Shown here: piece after piece, positions 37,770 to 52,921 of the stretch
How positions within the stretch are numbered: the stretch's first letter is position 1
Layout of the letters: every line of letters begins with the position of its first letter
NCBI RefSeq assembly: GCF_006345805.1
Contig: NC_043023.1
Location: 14,694,001-14,758,000, forward strand
DNA: 64,000 bases
Direction of reading: 5' to 3'
DNA from: Octopus sinensis
Lineage: Eukaryota
Made by a program: the position numbers and the translations under genes
The notes under the pieces: model-generated
What the model was told of the DNA's origin: nothing
What the model saw: only the letters and a program-made list of their open reading frames with translations
The model's database searches: none

Positions 37770-39406
37770 CACATTTTCCATCTCTGCTAGTGTTAGGAAC
37801 ATAAATTGTGACTAAGATTTGGTGGAAGATTTTAATTCAAAACTTATGAAAACAAGACATTTGTACTACAAAGCCAGAGCTGGTTTCAGCTGGGTTGATA
37901 TCAAAAGGGTTAAGAATTGTTTCTCTATTATATATCTTAACCCTTTTGTTACAGTATTCTGTCGAAATGCTCTGTGTTTCTTTCAACTACTTTAAATATA
38001 ACAAAGAATTTAGTAAAATAACTTAGTTATCATTAAGCTAGTGTTAGGAACATAAATTGTGACTAAGGTTTGGTTGGAGGTTATAATTCAGAACTTATGG
38101 AAACAAGACATTTGTACTACAGAGCCAGAACTGGTTTCAGCCAGATTTATATCAAAAGGGTTAAAAATATCATGGTGACTTTAACCCTTTTGTTACATAT
38201 TTCTGTTGAGATGCTCTGTGCTTCTTTCAATTACTTTAAATATAACAAAGAATTTAGTAAAATAACCTAGTTATCATTCAGCTAGTGTTAGGAACATAAA
38301 TTGTGACTAAGGTTTGGTGGAAGATTTATTCAAAACTTATGAAAACGAAACATTTATATACAGAGCCAGAGCTGGTTTCAGCTGGGTTGATATCAAAAGG
38401 GTTAAGAATTGTTTCTCTATTATATATCTTAACCCTTTTGTTACAGTATTCTGTCGAAATGCTCTGTGTTTCTTTCAACTACTTTAAATATAACAAAGAA
38501 TTTAGTAAAATAACTTAGTTATCATTAAGCTAGTGTTAGGAACATAAATTGTGACTAAGGTTTGGTTGGAGGTTATAATTCAGAACTTATGGAAACAAGA
38601 CATTTGTACTACAGAGCCAGAACTGGTTTCAGCCAGATTTATATCAAAAGGGTTAAAAATATCATGGTGACTTTAACCCTTTTGTTACCATATTTCTGTT
38701 GAGATGCTCTGTGCTTCTTTCAATTACTTTAAATATAACAAAGAATTTAGTAAAATAACCTAGTTATCATTCAGCTAGTGTTAGGAACATAAATTGTGAC
38801 TAAGGTTTGGTGGAAGATTTTAATTCAAAACTTATGAAAACGAAACATTTATATTACAGAGCCAGAGCTGGTTTCAGCTGGGTTGGTATCAAAAGGGTTA
38901 AGAATTGTTTCTCTATTATATATTTTAACCCTTTTGTTACCATATTTCTGTTGAGATGCTCTGTGTTTCTTTATATTAATTTTGATATAACAAAGAATTT
39001 AGTAAAATAACTTAGTTATCATTCAGCTAGTGTTAGGAACATAAATTGTGACTAAGATTTGGTGGAAGATTTTAATTCAGATCTTATGAAAACAAGACAT
39101 TTGTACCACAGAGCCAGAGCCAGTTTTAGTGGGGTTGGTATCAAAAGGGTTAAGATTGTTTCTTCTCTATTATATATTTTAACCCTTTTTTACCATATTT
39201 CTGTTGAGATGCTCTGTGTTTCTTTATATTAATTTTGATATAACAAAGAATTTAGTAAAATAACTTAGTTATCATTCAGCTAGTGTTAGGAACATAAATT
39301 GTGACTAAGATTTGGTGGAAGATTTTAATTCAGATCTTATGAAAACAAGACATTTGTACCACAGAGCCAGAGCCAGTTTTAGTGGGGTTGGTATCAAAAG
39401 GGTCAA
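37770..39406. repeat. Head-to-tail array of ~228-bp TTAA-flanked MITEs (6 full + 1 partial)
   Basis: Each unit reads TTAACCCTTTT...CAAAAGGGTTAA (the last ends GGGTCAA). Units start at 37937, 38181, 38429, 38673, 38925 and 39179. Confidence 0.85.
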
Positions 39407-39759
39407 AGAGAAAATAGTAATACTGGGGTCGATTTATTCAAGTAAAAATTCATCAAGGCAATGCCCCAGGATAGCAACAGTCTTATTATTGAAACAAGTA
39501 AAAGATAGAAGATAAGCTGGGACAAGAATTTTAGGGGACGGTTGGCCCTTTACCTATTTTATGCAAATCAGACTTTCTCAACAGAACAGATGTTTATTCG
39601 GGGGAATGGTGGCCAACCTGGGTTGCTACAGCCTGGCACCAGTGTCATTGTGGGTGTTGATCTCGGAATACAAAGGGCAGCAACAGACACCACAAGGCAT
39701 CGCTTCTGACCCTCTAACAGTGGTGATGGAGGTTGTGAAGGGAGGGGCATCGTTGTCAT

Positions 39760-40570
39760 TGTAGTGGTCGCAGTTGGGGGGGAAGCTGATGGTGGTCGTT
39801 GTGGTGGTGGTTGTGGAGGTGGTGGTGGTTGTCATTGTGGTGGTTGTGATGATGCTGCTGATGATGGTGGCAGTGGCAGTGGCGGCAGTGGTGGTGGTGG
39901 TGGTGGTGGTGGTTGTGGAGGTGGTGGTGGTGGTGTGTGGTGGGTGAGTTGTGGAGTGTGGTGGTGGTGGTGGTGGTGTTGTGGCAGTGGTGGTGGCGGT
40001 GGTAGTGGTGGCGGTGGTGGTGGTGTGGCGGTGGCGGTGGTGTTGGTGGTGGTGGTGTATGGTGGTGGTGGTAGTAGTGGTGGTGGTAGTAGCGGTGGTG
40101 GTGGTAGTGGTGGCAGTGGCGGCAGTGGTGGTGGTGGTGGTTGTGGAGGTGGTGGTGGTGGTGGTGGTGGTTGTGGCAGTGGTGGTGGGGGTGGTAGTGG
40201 TGGCGGGGTGTTGGTGGTGGTGTGAATGGTGGTGGTGGTAGGTAGTGGTGGTGTGTAGTAGCGGTGTGGCGGGGTGGTAGTGGTGGCGGTGGTGTTGGTG
40301 GTGGTGGTGATGGTGGTGGTGGTGGTAGTAGTGGTGGTGGTAGTAGCGGTGGTGGTGGGGGTGGTAGTGGTGGCGGTGGTGTTGGTGGTGGTGGTGATGG
40401 TGGTGGTGGTGGTAGTAGTGGTGGTGGTAGTAGCGGTGGTGGTGGGGGTGGTAGTGGTGGCGGTGGTGTTGGTGGTGGTGGTAGTAGCGGTGGTGGTGGT
40501 AGTGGTGGTGGTGGTGGTAGTGGTGGTGGTGGCGGCAGCGGCGGCGGTGGTGGTGTTCGTGGTGATGGTC
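39760..40570. repeat. (GGT)n-rich microsatellite (similar tract at 4750-5100)
   Basis: Degenerate GGT/GGC/AGT triplets. Confidence 0.9.
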
Positions 40571-41018
40571 ATTAAAACACAAAACATCCTCCAACAGGTG
40601 TTCCTTACATTAAATATTCATAAAGTAAACCAGTCTCTCCTCCTGGGATCTGAGCAGATCTGAATCAAGATGATGGAGGGGGTGGGGATGTTTTATATGT
40701 GTGCGTATGTATGTATATATGCATGCATGTATGCATGTATGTATGTATGTAAATATGTACGTATGCATGTATAGGTATATATTTGTATATGTATGTATGC
40801 ATGTATATATATGTGTGTGTGTATATATAATATATATATATATGTGTGTGTGTGGGTATGTATCCATGTATACATCATCATCATCATCATCATCGTCGTT
40901 TAACGTCCGTTCTCCATGCTAGCATGGGTTGGACGGTTTCGACCGGGGATCTGGGAAGCCAGAGGCTGCACCAGGCCTCCAGTCTAATCTGGCAATGTTC
41001 TACAGCTGGATGCCCTTC

Positions 41019-41077
<59 letters not shown>

Positions 41078-41198
41078 TATATATATGCATACATACATAC
41101 ATATATATATACATGCATAAAAAATCATATACAATTCATATACATATATGCACTCATATATATATATTCTATATATATTCTATATATATATTATATAA

Positions 41199-41234
<36 letters not shown>

Positions 41235-43037
41235 CATACATATATATAAATGCATAAATAATCATATATACATTCATATACATACATGCACTCATATATA
41301 TATATATATATATAAATGCATAAATAATCATATACACATTCATATACATATATACATGCACTCATATATATATATGTGTATGTATATATATATATATACA
41401 TACACACACACAAACACAAATGTACACACCTATACACTAATACAGATATAAAGACTCACTTACGCATACACGACACAATCACACAACATACACACACACA
41501 CACACACATTCATGTCTGCACGTATTATGCCTGCCGAATCCCTTAACCCACAAAATGTCCAAAAAACTCACAATACCAACCACAGACAAAAGAGAAAATC
41601 CATTGATTTGATCCTGCTGCTTTAACTGTCTGCCGCCTTCTTCTGTGTCTTGGTTAACCCAAGGGCTGCCACTGAAGAGAAAAAAAATGGAAGAGACGGA
41701 AAGAGTTAAGCTGGTCTTTTTATTCTGTTATTCTTTTATTCTTTTACTTGTTTCAGTCATTTGACTGTGGCCATGCTGGGGCACCGCTTTTATAGTCGAG
41801 CAAATCGACCGCCAGGACTTATTCTTTGTAAGCCTAGTACTTATTCTATCGGTCCCTTTTGCCAAACTGCTAAGTTACAGGGACATAAACACACCAGCAT
41901 CGGTTGTCAAGCAATGCTAGGGGGACAAACACACACACGCATACATATATATACATATATACGACGGGCTTCTTTCAGTTTCCATCTACCAAATCCACTC
42001 ACAAGGCTTTGGTCGGCCCGAGGCTATAGTAGAAGACACTTGCCCAAGGTGCCACGCAGTGGGACTGAACCCGGAACCATGTGGTTGGTAGACAGGCTAC
42101 TTACCACACAGCCACTCCTGCGCCTATGAATAATTCTTTTTTCCTTTTCTCTTTAAAAACAAAGAAAATAGAAAACTTCTGACAATGTGGACAGGTTTAT
42201 AAAACCTCTTTTACTCTTTTACTTGTTTCAGTCATTTGACTGTGGCCATGCTGGTGCACTGCCTATAGTCGAGCAAATCGACCGCCAGGACTTATTCTTC
42301 ATAAGCCCAGTACTTATTCTATCGGTCTCTCTTTTGCCAAACCGCTAACTTACGGGGACGTAAACACACCAGCATCGGTTGTCAAGCGATGTTGGGGGGA
42401 CAAACACAGACACACAAACATATACACACACACATACATATATACATATATATATGTTTTTTCATTGTTCAAAAAAGTTTGTTTCTATGTTTTTGTTTTT
42501 ATGTTTTCGTTTCTCATTATGTTCAACGTTTTTTTGATGTCCTATACCCATATATGGATGTATATATACATATATATGTAGATATGTACATATATATATA
42601 TATGCATATATTTATATATTATTCATATATATATATATATATATTGAAATCAAATCAAATTCGATGACTGGCATCCGTGCTAGTAGAGCGCTAAGAGCAC
42701 CATACAAGCATGATCATTGCCAGAGCAACAAGCTGGCCTCTTGGAGTGGATGGCATTAGGAAGGGCTGTAGAAACTTAGCCAGATTAGATTGGAGCCTGG
42801 TGCAGCCATCTGGCTCGCCAGACCTCAGTCAAATCGTCCAACCCATGCTAGCATGGAAAGCAGACGTTAAACGATGATGATGATATATATACGACAGGCT
42901 TCTTTCAGTTTCTGTCTACCAAATCCACTCACAAGGCTTTGGTCAGCCCGAGGCTATAGTAGAAGATACTTGCCCAAGATGCCACGCGGTGGGACTGAAC
43001 CCGGAACCATGTGGTTGGTAAACAAGCTACTTACCAC

Positions 43038-43262
43038 TGGTATTTAGGCAGTGTGTTACATATCCCAGTGCTCCAATAATTACAGGTATAAACCTGAACA
43101 TGTAATCTAGATAGAGTAACTGCAGATTTCTCAATAGTTCAGCATAGGTGTTCTCTTTTTCACTGATCTTCAGCTTTATGTTAACGTCCGCTGGGCAGCT
43201 GATTTCCACAACTGTACACAGTTTCTCTTCTCCATCCCAAATTACTATGTCAGGTCTGTTAT
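43038..43262 (-). mobile_element. Second copy of the (CATA)n-associated RLE element
   Basis: NRPDIVIWDGEEKLCTVVEISCPADVN, nearly identical to the 46497 copy. Confidence 0.85.
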
Positions 43263-44600
43263 GTATGTATGCATACATACATGCAAGCATGTATGTATGT
43301 ATGTATGTATGTGTGTATGTATGTATGTATGTATGTTTGTGTGTATGTATGTATGTATGTATGTATTATGTATGTATGTATGTATGTATGTATGTGTGTA
43401 TGTATGTATGTGTGTATGTATGTATGGTGTATGTATGTGTGTATGTAATGTATGTATGTGTGTATGTAGTGTGTATTTATGTTGTGCGTATGTATGTATG
43501 TATGTATGTAATGTATGTATGTATGATGCATGTATGTATGTATGTATGTATTATGTATGTGTGTATGTATGTGTGTATGTATGTGTATGCGTATGTATGT
43601 ATGTATGTATGCATGTATGTATGTAGGTATGTATGTGTGTGCGTATGTATGTATGTATGTATGTGTGTATGTATGTATGTATGTATGTGTGTATGTATGC
43701 ATGTATGCATGTATGTATGTATGTGTGTATGTATGTATGTATGTATGTATGTATGTATGTATGTATGTATGTATGTATGTGTGTATGTATGTATGTATGT
43801 ATGTATGTGTGTGCGTATGTATGTATGTATGTATGTATGTATGTATGTATGTATGTATGTATGTATGTATGTATGTATGTATGTATGTATGTATGTATGT
43901 GTGTATGTATGTGTGTGCGTATGTATGTATGCATGTATGTATGTATGTATGTATGCATGTATGTATGCATGTATGTATGTATGTATGTATGTATGTATGT
44001 ATGTATGTATGTATGTATGTGTGTATGTATGTATGTATGCATGTATGTGTGTATGTATGTGTGTATGTATGTGTGTGCGTATGTATGTATGTATGTATGC
44101 ATGTATGTATGTATGTATGCATGTATGTATGTATGCATGTATGTATGTATGTATGCATGTATGTATGTATGTATGTATGTATGTATGTATGCATGTATGT
44201 ATGTATGTATGCATGTATGTATGTATGTATGTATGTATGTGTGTATGTATGTGTGTATGTATGTTTGTGTGTATGTTTGTATGTATGTGTGTGTGTATGA
44301 ATGTATGTATGTATATATTTATGTATGTATGTATGTGTGTATGTATGTGTGTATGTATGTTTGTGTGTGTATATATGTATGTATGTGTGTGTATGTATGT
44401 ATGTATGTATGTATGTGTGTATGTATGTATGTATGTATGTATGAATGTATGTATGTGTGTATGTAAGTATGAATGTTTGTATATATGTATGTGTGTATGT
44501 GTGTATGTATGTGTGTATGTATGTATATATGTATGTATGTATGTGTGTATGTATGTGTGTGTATGTATGTGTATGTATGAACAGACATACATACATACAT
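43260..44600. repeat. (TATG)n array, 1.3 kb
   Basis: Directly abuts an RLE fragment. Confidence 0.95.
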
Positions 44601-44781
44601 CCTTTTTCCCCTTCTTAGATATTAGTCCCATTATATATATATGTTTATCACGGACTCTTACATTGTTACTTTTGATATTCTTAATTAATTAATTATTCAT
44701 TAAGTTTCCTGTTGAGATAATATAACCTCAACTACAAAAGAATGGAATTGTACTTACTCTTAATGTCTGTTCATACACATA

Positions 44782-44833
<52 letters not shown>

Positions 44834-44854
44834 TATATATGTATGTATATATTA

Positions 44855-44900
<46 letters not shown>

Positions 44901-44913
44901 TATATATATAATA

Positions 44914-44946
<33 letters not shown>

Positions 44947-45376
44947 ATATATATATATCTTCCTCTTTTACTTGTTTCAGTCATTTGACTGCGGCCATGC
45001 TGGAGCACCACCTTCAGTCAGGGTAATCGACCCCAGGACATATTCTTTGTAAGCCTAGTACTTATTCTATCGGTCTCTTTTGCCGAAACGCTAAGTTACG
45101 GGGGCGTAAGCACACCAGCATCGGTTGTCAAGCGATGTTGCGGGGACAAACACTGACACACAGACACACACACACACATATATACATATATATATAAAAA
45201 CATATATACGACGGGCTTCTTTCAGTTTCAGTCTACCAAATCCACTCGCAAGTCTTTGGTCGGCCTGAGGCTATGGTAGAAGACACTTGCCCAAGGTGCC
45301 ATGCAGTGGGACTGAACCCAAGACCATATGGCTGGTAAGCAAGCTACTACCACAACACCACTCCTGTACCTATATA

Positions 45377-45417
<41 letters not shown>

Positions 45418-45934
45418 TATATATCTATATATATTCTATATATATATAGGTGCAGGTGTGGCTGTGTGGTAAGAAGCTTACTTACGGAGTGGTTGGCGTT
45501 AGGAAGGGCATCCAGCTGTAGAAACACTGCCAGATAAGACTGAAGCCTGGTGCAGCCTTCTGGCTTCCCAGATCCCCGGATCGACCATCCAACCTATGCT
45601 AGCATGGAGAACGACATTAAAAAACGATGATGATGATGATGATGATGATTTATATATATATATATATATATATTATAGGCGCAGGGGTGGCTGTGTGGTA
45701 AGAAGCTTACTTTCCAACCACATGGTTCTGGGTTCAGTCCCACTGTGTGGCATCTTTGGCAATTTTATTGTACTATAGCCTCGGGCTACTATCCACTCAC
45801 AAGGGTTTGGTCAGCTCAAGGCTATAATAGAAGACACTTGCCCAAGGTGCCACGCAGTGGGACTGAACCCAGAACCATGTGGTTGGTAAGCAAGCTTCTT
45901 ACCACACACTCACACCTTCATTAATACATGCATA

Positions 45935-46130
45935 CATACATATTTCTAAAAACCAAAAAAAAAAAGATAGCTAATTCGAACTACAGATCCAATCCATCAC
46001 TGGAACTGTAAAGATCTGTAAAACTTTCCAGAAGTTTATCATTTAAACATATATATGAGCATGTCCAGATATGCAACCATATGCATGAGAATACACGCAT
46101 AAAGCAAAACATACAAATCTCCACATATAC
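45935..46130 (+). mobile_element. Third copy (extreme 3' end) of the (CATA)n-associated RLE element
   Basis: Matches 46920-47100 (cagatccaatccatcactggaactg...gagcatgtc...aacatacaaatct), then (CATA)n. Confidence 0.75.
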
Positions 46131-46496
46131 ATACATACATACATACATTCTTTTATTCTTTTACTTGTTTCAGTCATTTGACTGCGGCCATGCTGGAGCA
46201 CCGCCTTTAGTCGAGCAAATCGACCCCGGGACTTATTCTTTGTAAGCCCAGTACTTATTCTATGCTAGGGGGACAAACACAGACACACAAACACACACAT
46301 ACATACATATATATATACATATATACGACAGGCTTCTTCACAAGGCATTGGTCGGCCCGGGGCTAGAGCAAAAGACACTTGCCCAAGATGTCACGCAGTG
46401 GGACTGAACCCGGAACCATGTGGTTGGTTAGCAAGCTACTTACCACACAGCCACTCCTGCGCCATACATACATATATACATACATACACACATACG

Positions 46497-47105
46497 GTAT
46501 TATCTACCAATGAGACATGACTTTGTAGCTAGGACACTCTATAATGAAATCCATTGGAAGGATAATCCCAAGGATGAAGAAATAAAAACCCACAATATGG
46601 TAGAAGCCATAGCCACTCATAATGAAAAGGACTATTGGTGGAATGCGCCATTGAAGACCCCAATAAAATGTAAGCCCAACAGACCTGATATAATGATTTG
46701 GGATGGAGAAGAGAAACTGTGTACAGTTGTGGAAATCAGCTGCCCAGCGGATGTTAACATAAAGCTGAAGATCAACAAAACAACAAAAATACCTACGCTG
46801 AACTATTGAGGAATCTGTAGTTACTCTATCCAGGTTACATGTTCAGGTTTATACCTGTAATTATTGGGGCCCTGGGATATGTAACACACTGCCTAAATAC
46901 CAATCTTGAGAAATTAGGCTTCTCAAAAACCAGAAAGGAGAAAGCTAATTTGAAGACTACAGATCCAATCCATCACTGGAACTGCAAAAATCTGTGAAAT
47001 TTTCTAGAATTTTATCATTTTAATATACATGAGCATGTCTAAAGATGTAACTATATGCATGAGAATACGTTACATAACAAAACATACAAATCTGCATATA
47101 CATAC
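46497..47105 (+). mobile_element. RLE-type non-LTR retroelement 3' fragment running into (CATA)n
   Basis: RHDFVARTLYNE...NRPDIMIWD...VVEISCP (PD-(D/E)xK nuclease). The 3'UTR ends in a (CATA)n tail. Confidence 0.85.
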
Positions 47106-50081
47106 ACACAAACATACATACATAGATACATACATACATACATACATACGTACGTACGTACATACATACATACATACATACATACATACACACATACATA
47201 CATACATACATACATACATACGTACATACATACATACGTACGTACGTACATACATATATACATACATACATACATACATACATACATACATACATGCATA
47301 CATACATACATACATACATACATACATACATACATACATGCATGCATGCATACATACATACATACATACATACATACATACATACATACATACATGCATG
47401 CATGCATGCATGCATGCATACATACATACATACTACATACATACATACATACATGCATACATGCATACATACATACATACTACATACATACATACATACA
47501 TGCATACATACATACATACATACATCATACATACATGCATACATGCATACATACATACATACATACATGCAATACGTACATACATACATACCTACATGCA
47601 TACATACATACATACATACATGCATACATGCATACATACATCCATACATACATACATACATACATACATCATACATACATACATGCATACATACATACAT
47701 ACATACATACATACATACATGCATACATACATGCATACATACATGCATACATACATGCATACATACATACATACATACATACATACATACATACATGCTA
47801 CATACAATACATACATACATCATGCATACATACATACATGCATACATACATACATACATACATACATACATACATGCATGCATGCATACATACATACATA
47901 CATACATACATACATACGCACACACATACATACATACATACATACATTACATACATACATACATACACACATACATACATACATACATACATACATACCA
48001 CACACACATACATACATACATACGCACACGCATACATACATACATACATACAATACATACAATACATACATACATACATAACATACATGCATACATACAT
48101 ACATACATGCATACTAACATACATACATACATAATACATACATACATACATACATACATGCATACATGCTACATATACATACATACATACAACATACGCA
48201 CACACATACATACATACATACATACATACATACATACATACATACATACACACATACATACATACATACATACATACACACATACATACATACAATACGC
48301 ACACGCAAAGACATGTACATACATACATACATACATACATACATACAGACTACATACACACATCCATACATACATACATACATACATACACATACATACA
48401 TACATCCGCACACGCATACATACATACATACATACTACACACCATACTACATACATACATACATACACACATACATACAACATACGCACACGCATACATA
48501 CATACATACATACATACATACATACATACATACATACACACATACATACATACATACATACATACATACACAATACATACATACATACGCACACGCATAC
48601 ATACATACATACATACATACATACCTACATACATACATACACACACATACATACATACATACATAATACTACATACATACATACATACATACATACATAC
48701 ACACACTACATACATACATACATACACACATCATACATACATACTACATACATCACACTACATACAACAACATACATACACACATACATACATACGCACA
48801 CGCATACATACATACATACATAACAACATAACATCATACATACACACATACATACTACATACATACATACCATACACACATACATACATACATACGCACA
48901 CGCATACATACATACATACATACATACATACATACATCTACATACACACATACATACATACATACATACATACATACATACATACTACATACATACACAT
49001 ACATACCACACACATACAACATACATACATACATACAACATACATACATACATACATACATACATGCATACATACATACATACATACATGCATACATACA
49101 CTACATACATACACACATACATACATACATACATACATACATACATACATACACCATACATACATACGCACACACATACATACATACATACATACATGCT
49201 ACATACATGCATACATACATATACATACATACATACATGCATATATACATACATACATACATACATACAACACATGCATACATGCATACATAATACATAC
49301 ATACATACATACATACATACATACATACATACATGCATACATACATACATACATACATACATACATACATGCATACATACATACATACATACACACATAC
49401 ATACATACATACATACATACACACATACATACATACATACATACATACATACACACATACATACATACATACATACATACACACATACATACATACGCAC
49501 ACGCATACATACATACATACATACATACATACATACATACACACATACATACATACATACATACATACATACACACATACATACATACATACGCACACGC
49601 ATACATACATACATACATACATACATACATACATACACACATACATACATACATACATACATACATACATACATACATACATACATACATACGCACACAC
49701 ATACATACATACATACATACATACACACATACATACATACATACATACATACATACATGCATACATACATACATACATACACACATACATACATACATAC
49801 ATACATACATACATACGCACACACATACTACATACATACATACATACACACATACATACATACATACATACATCCATACATACATACATACTACATACAT
49901 ACATACATAAACATACACACATACATACTACATACATACATACACCACATACATACATACACCACATACATACATAATACATACATACATACATACATAC
50001 ATACATACATACATACACACATACATACATACACACATACATACATACATACACACATACATGCATACATACATACATACA

Positions 50082-50115
<34 letters not shown>

Positions 50116-50660
50116 CATACATACATACACACATACATACATACATACATACATACATACATACATACATACACACATACATACATACATACATACATAC
50201 ATACATACATACATACACACATACATACATACATACGCACACACATACATACATACATACATGCATACATACATACATACATACATACAACATACATACA
50301 ACATACATACATACATACATACATAAATACATACATACATACATACATACATACATACATGCATACATACTACAACATCATACTACATACATACACATAC
50401 ATAAACATACATACATACAGACATACATACATACATACATAACATACATCACATACATACATCATACATACAGCATGCATACAGCATACATACATACATA
50501 CATACATACATACAAGACATAAATACATACATACATACTAACATACATACATACATACATACATACATACATACATAAATACATACATCATACATACATA
50601 CATACATACATGCATGCATAATACATACATACATACATACATACATACATACATACAAAC
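47100..50660. repeat. (CATA)n array, 3.5 kb
   Basis: Continuous with the 3' tail of the RLE fragment. Confidence 0.95.
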
Positions 50661-51219
50661 AAAAATACGCTGCTGTTGATGTTGAAATTCAAATGAAGGA
50701 GACTTGGATCTAGGTTAGAAACCGACTTTTTAATGGCAAGAAATCTTGAAATAAAGTTGAACATTGACACACACACACACACATATTTCCTTTACAGGGT
50801 TTAGAAAAACTGAAGGACCACTGCAATAAGTTGTGTGCCGTTAACCAACTGAGGAAGATGCTTTCCTTGGATTAAAAGATAGTAACATAGTTCTGGATAT
50901 AACAGCCACCTTATGTTGGTAAATAAATTTTACTCTGTGTGTGTGTGTGTGTGCGTGTGTGTGTGTGTGTGTGAGTGTGCATGTGTGCTTGTGTGTGCGT
51001 GGAGGCACTAAAATCTTCTAAGTGCTTAAGGCCTATGAGTCTTAATTCGGCCCTGGGTTTATGATATATGTTAGCCCAAATACCCTGTAATGCAAGGCAG
51101 AGTTCCAGCATGGCTACAGTTCAATAATTGAAACTAGTAAAAGATGAAATATAATTATAATCTATATCATTAAATTACATGAGGAAACAAAGTCGAGAGA
51201 CGTGAATTTTTTTTCCACA

Positions 51220-51840
51220 TCAATTTTTAATATAATCTTAATTTACGCCATCTGAAAGATATTTGTAGAAAAATTTCATTAAAAAATACCCACTTTTCTG
51301 AAAGTTATGAGAAAACGAAATTGATTTATGTGAATTATCCGACACACACCTCACCTACGCCCGTCTCTGTAACCACTAAAATAGGTTTTTCACAACATAG
51401 GCCAATATAACCGTAATCTACACCATCTGAAACATAGCTGTAGGAAATTTCATTTAAAAATACCCATTTTTCTGAAAGTTATAAGGAAATGAAGTTGATT
51501 TATGTGAATTATCCCAAATGCCTCGCTTCCACCCGCCCGTCCACCTCCTAAAATGCTTTTTCACAAAAAAAATTCTGTATAATCGTAATCTACGACATCT
51601 AAAGGGTATGTGTACAAAATTTCATTGAAAAATACCCATTTTTCTGAAATTTATGAGAAAGCGAATTTGATTTATGTGAATTAACCCAAATGCCTCACCT
51701 TCACCCCCGCCACCTCTGAGAAAGAATTTTCACAGGAAATTCCGATATAATCGTAATTTGTACTATCTGATAGATATTTGTTGAAAATTTCATTGAAAAA
51801 TATCAATTTTTCAGAAAGTTATGAGAAAAAAATAGGTGAA
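51220..51840. repeat. ~180-bp tandem repeat (about 4 units)
   Basis: Repeated cgtaatct...atctgaaa...aaatttcatt...aaaatacccatttttctgaaagttat...gatttatgtgaatt. Confidence 0.75.
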
Positions 51841-51847
51841 GCAAGTA

Positions 51848-52270
51848 TTGGGTTGTCCGGAAAGTTCGTGCCGATTTATAATAGCTTACCTTTCGACTTA
51901 TTTTGACTACACCTCCATTTAGAGCACAGTTTAAGCTATCTTTTAGTAGAAAAAGGTTTATGTTCCTATAACCTGTATTAATTCTGTAACCCTTTAAAAT
52001 GGAAGATAAGAAAGTTCATTTTCGGCACTTGATGTTCAGGGAAAAATGTCTCACAAGCAACCAAAGAAATATGCGCAGTTTACGGTGATGTTTCTTTATC
52101 TGAAAGAACTGTACAGAAGTGGTTCGTAAGGTTCCGAGCTGGAGATTGTAGCCTTATTGATACAGAGCGATCAGGCAGACCATCCACTACAGATGATGAC
52201 CAAATCAAGTCATTGATTGAGAATAACCAACATTGCAGAAAGTCTCGACCTATTTGAAATTGGTTTTGCA
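51848..52270 (+). mobile_element. 5' fragment of the same mariner family
   Basis: Same TIR; decayed N-terminal HTH (MEDKKVHFRH...ERTVQKWFVRFRAG...RSGRP). Confidence 0.85.
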
Positions 52271-52350
52271 GTATATATATAGGGAGAATTCACGAAAAAA
52301 AAAACAAAAGACGAAGACAGGTGGTGTAGAAAACAAACAGATGTATTAGT

Positions 52351-52722
52351 GGATGGAAGCACTCCGTCGGTCACGACGACGAGGGTTCCGGTTGATCCGA
52401 ATCAACGGAACAGCCTGCTTGTGAAATTAACGTGTAAGTGGCTGAGCACTCCACAGACACGTGCACCCTTAACGCAGTTCTCGGGGATATTCAGCGTGAC
52501 ACAGAGAGTGACAAGGCCGGCCCTTTGAAATACAGGTACAACAGAAACAGGAAGTAAGAGTGAGAGAAAGTTGTGGTGAAAGAGTACAGCAGGGATCACC
52601 ACCATCCCCTGCCGGAGCCTCGTGGAGCTTTAGGTGTTTTCGCTCAATAAACACTCACAACGACCGGTCTGGGAATTGAAACCGCGAGTCCGCTGCCCTA
52701 ACCACTGGGCCATTGCGCCTCC
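52351..52722 (-). mobile_element. Full-length SINE-C with 12-bp TSD, inserted into an A6U-hammerhead element
   Basis: TSD AGATGTATTAGT at 52339-52350 and 52723-52734. Confidence 0.9.
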
Positions 52723-52859
52723 AGATGTATTAGTATAACGCTCGGGAAATGAAAAAGTATTTAACGTTTCGAGCCTACGCTCTTCCACAGAAAGGAACAC
52801 AGAAAGAAACAAGGAGAGAAACAAGAGAGGGAAAAAATGTGTGTAGTGGCTAACGATCT

Positions 52860-52921
<62 letters not shown>

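Noticed and set aside
37770-39406. CRISPR-like regular repeat with spacers
   Set aside because: The units are 228-bp TIR elements and the spacers are themselves repeated; eukaryotic context, no cas genes.
39626-40663. Gly-rich, Thr/Pro-rich or His-rich mucin- or cuticle-like ORFs
   Set aside because: A (GGT)n microsatellite read in all frames, with no splice or signal-peptide support.
43148-50782. MYVC/HTYI-repeat ORFs up to 514 aa (also at 42-553, 5179-5709, 24703-26058)
   Set aside because: (TATG)n/(CATA)n and (TA)n contain no stop codons; not proteins.
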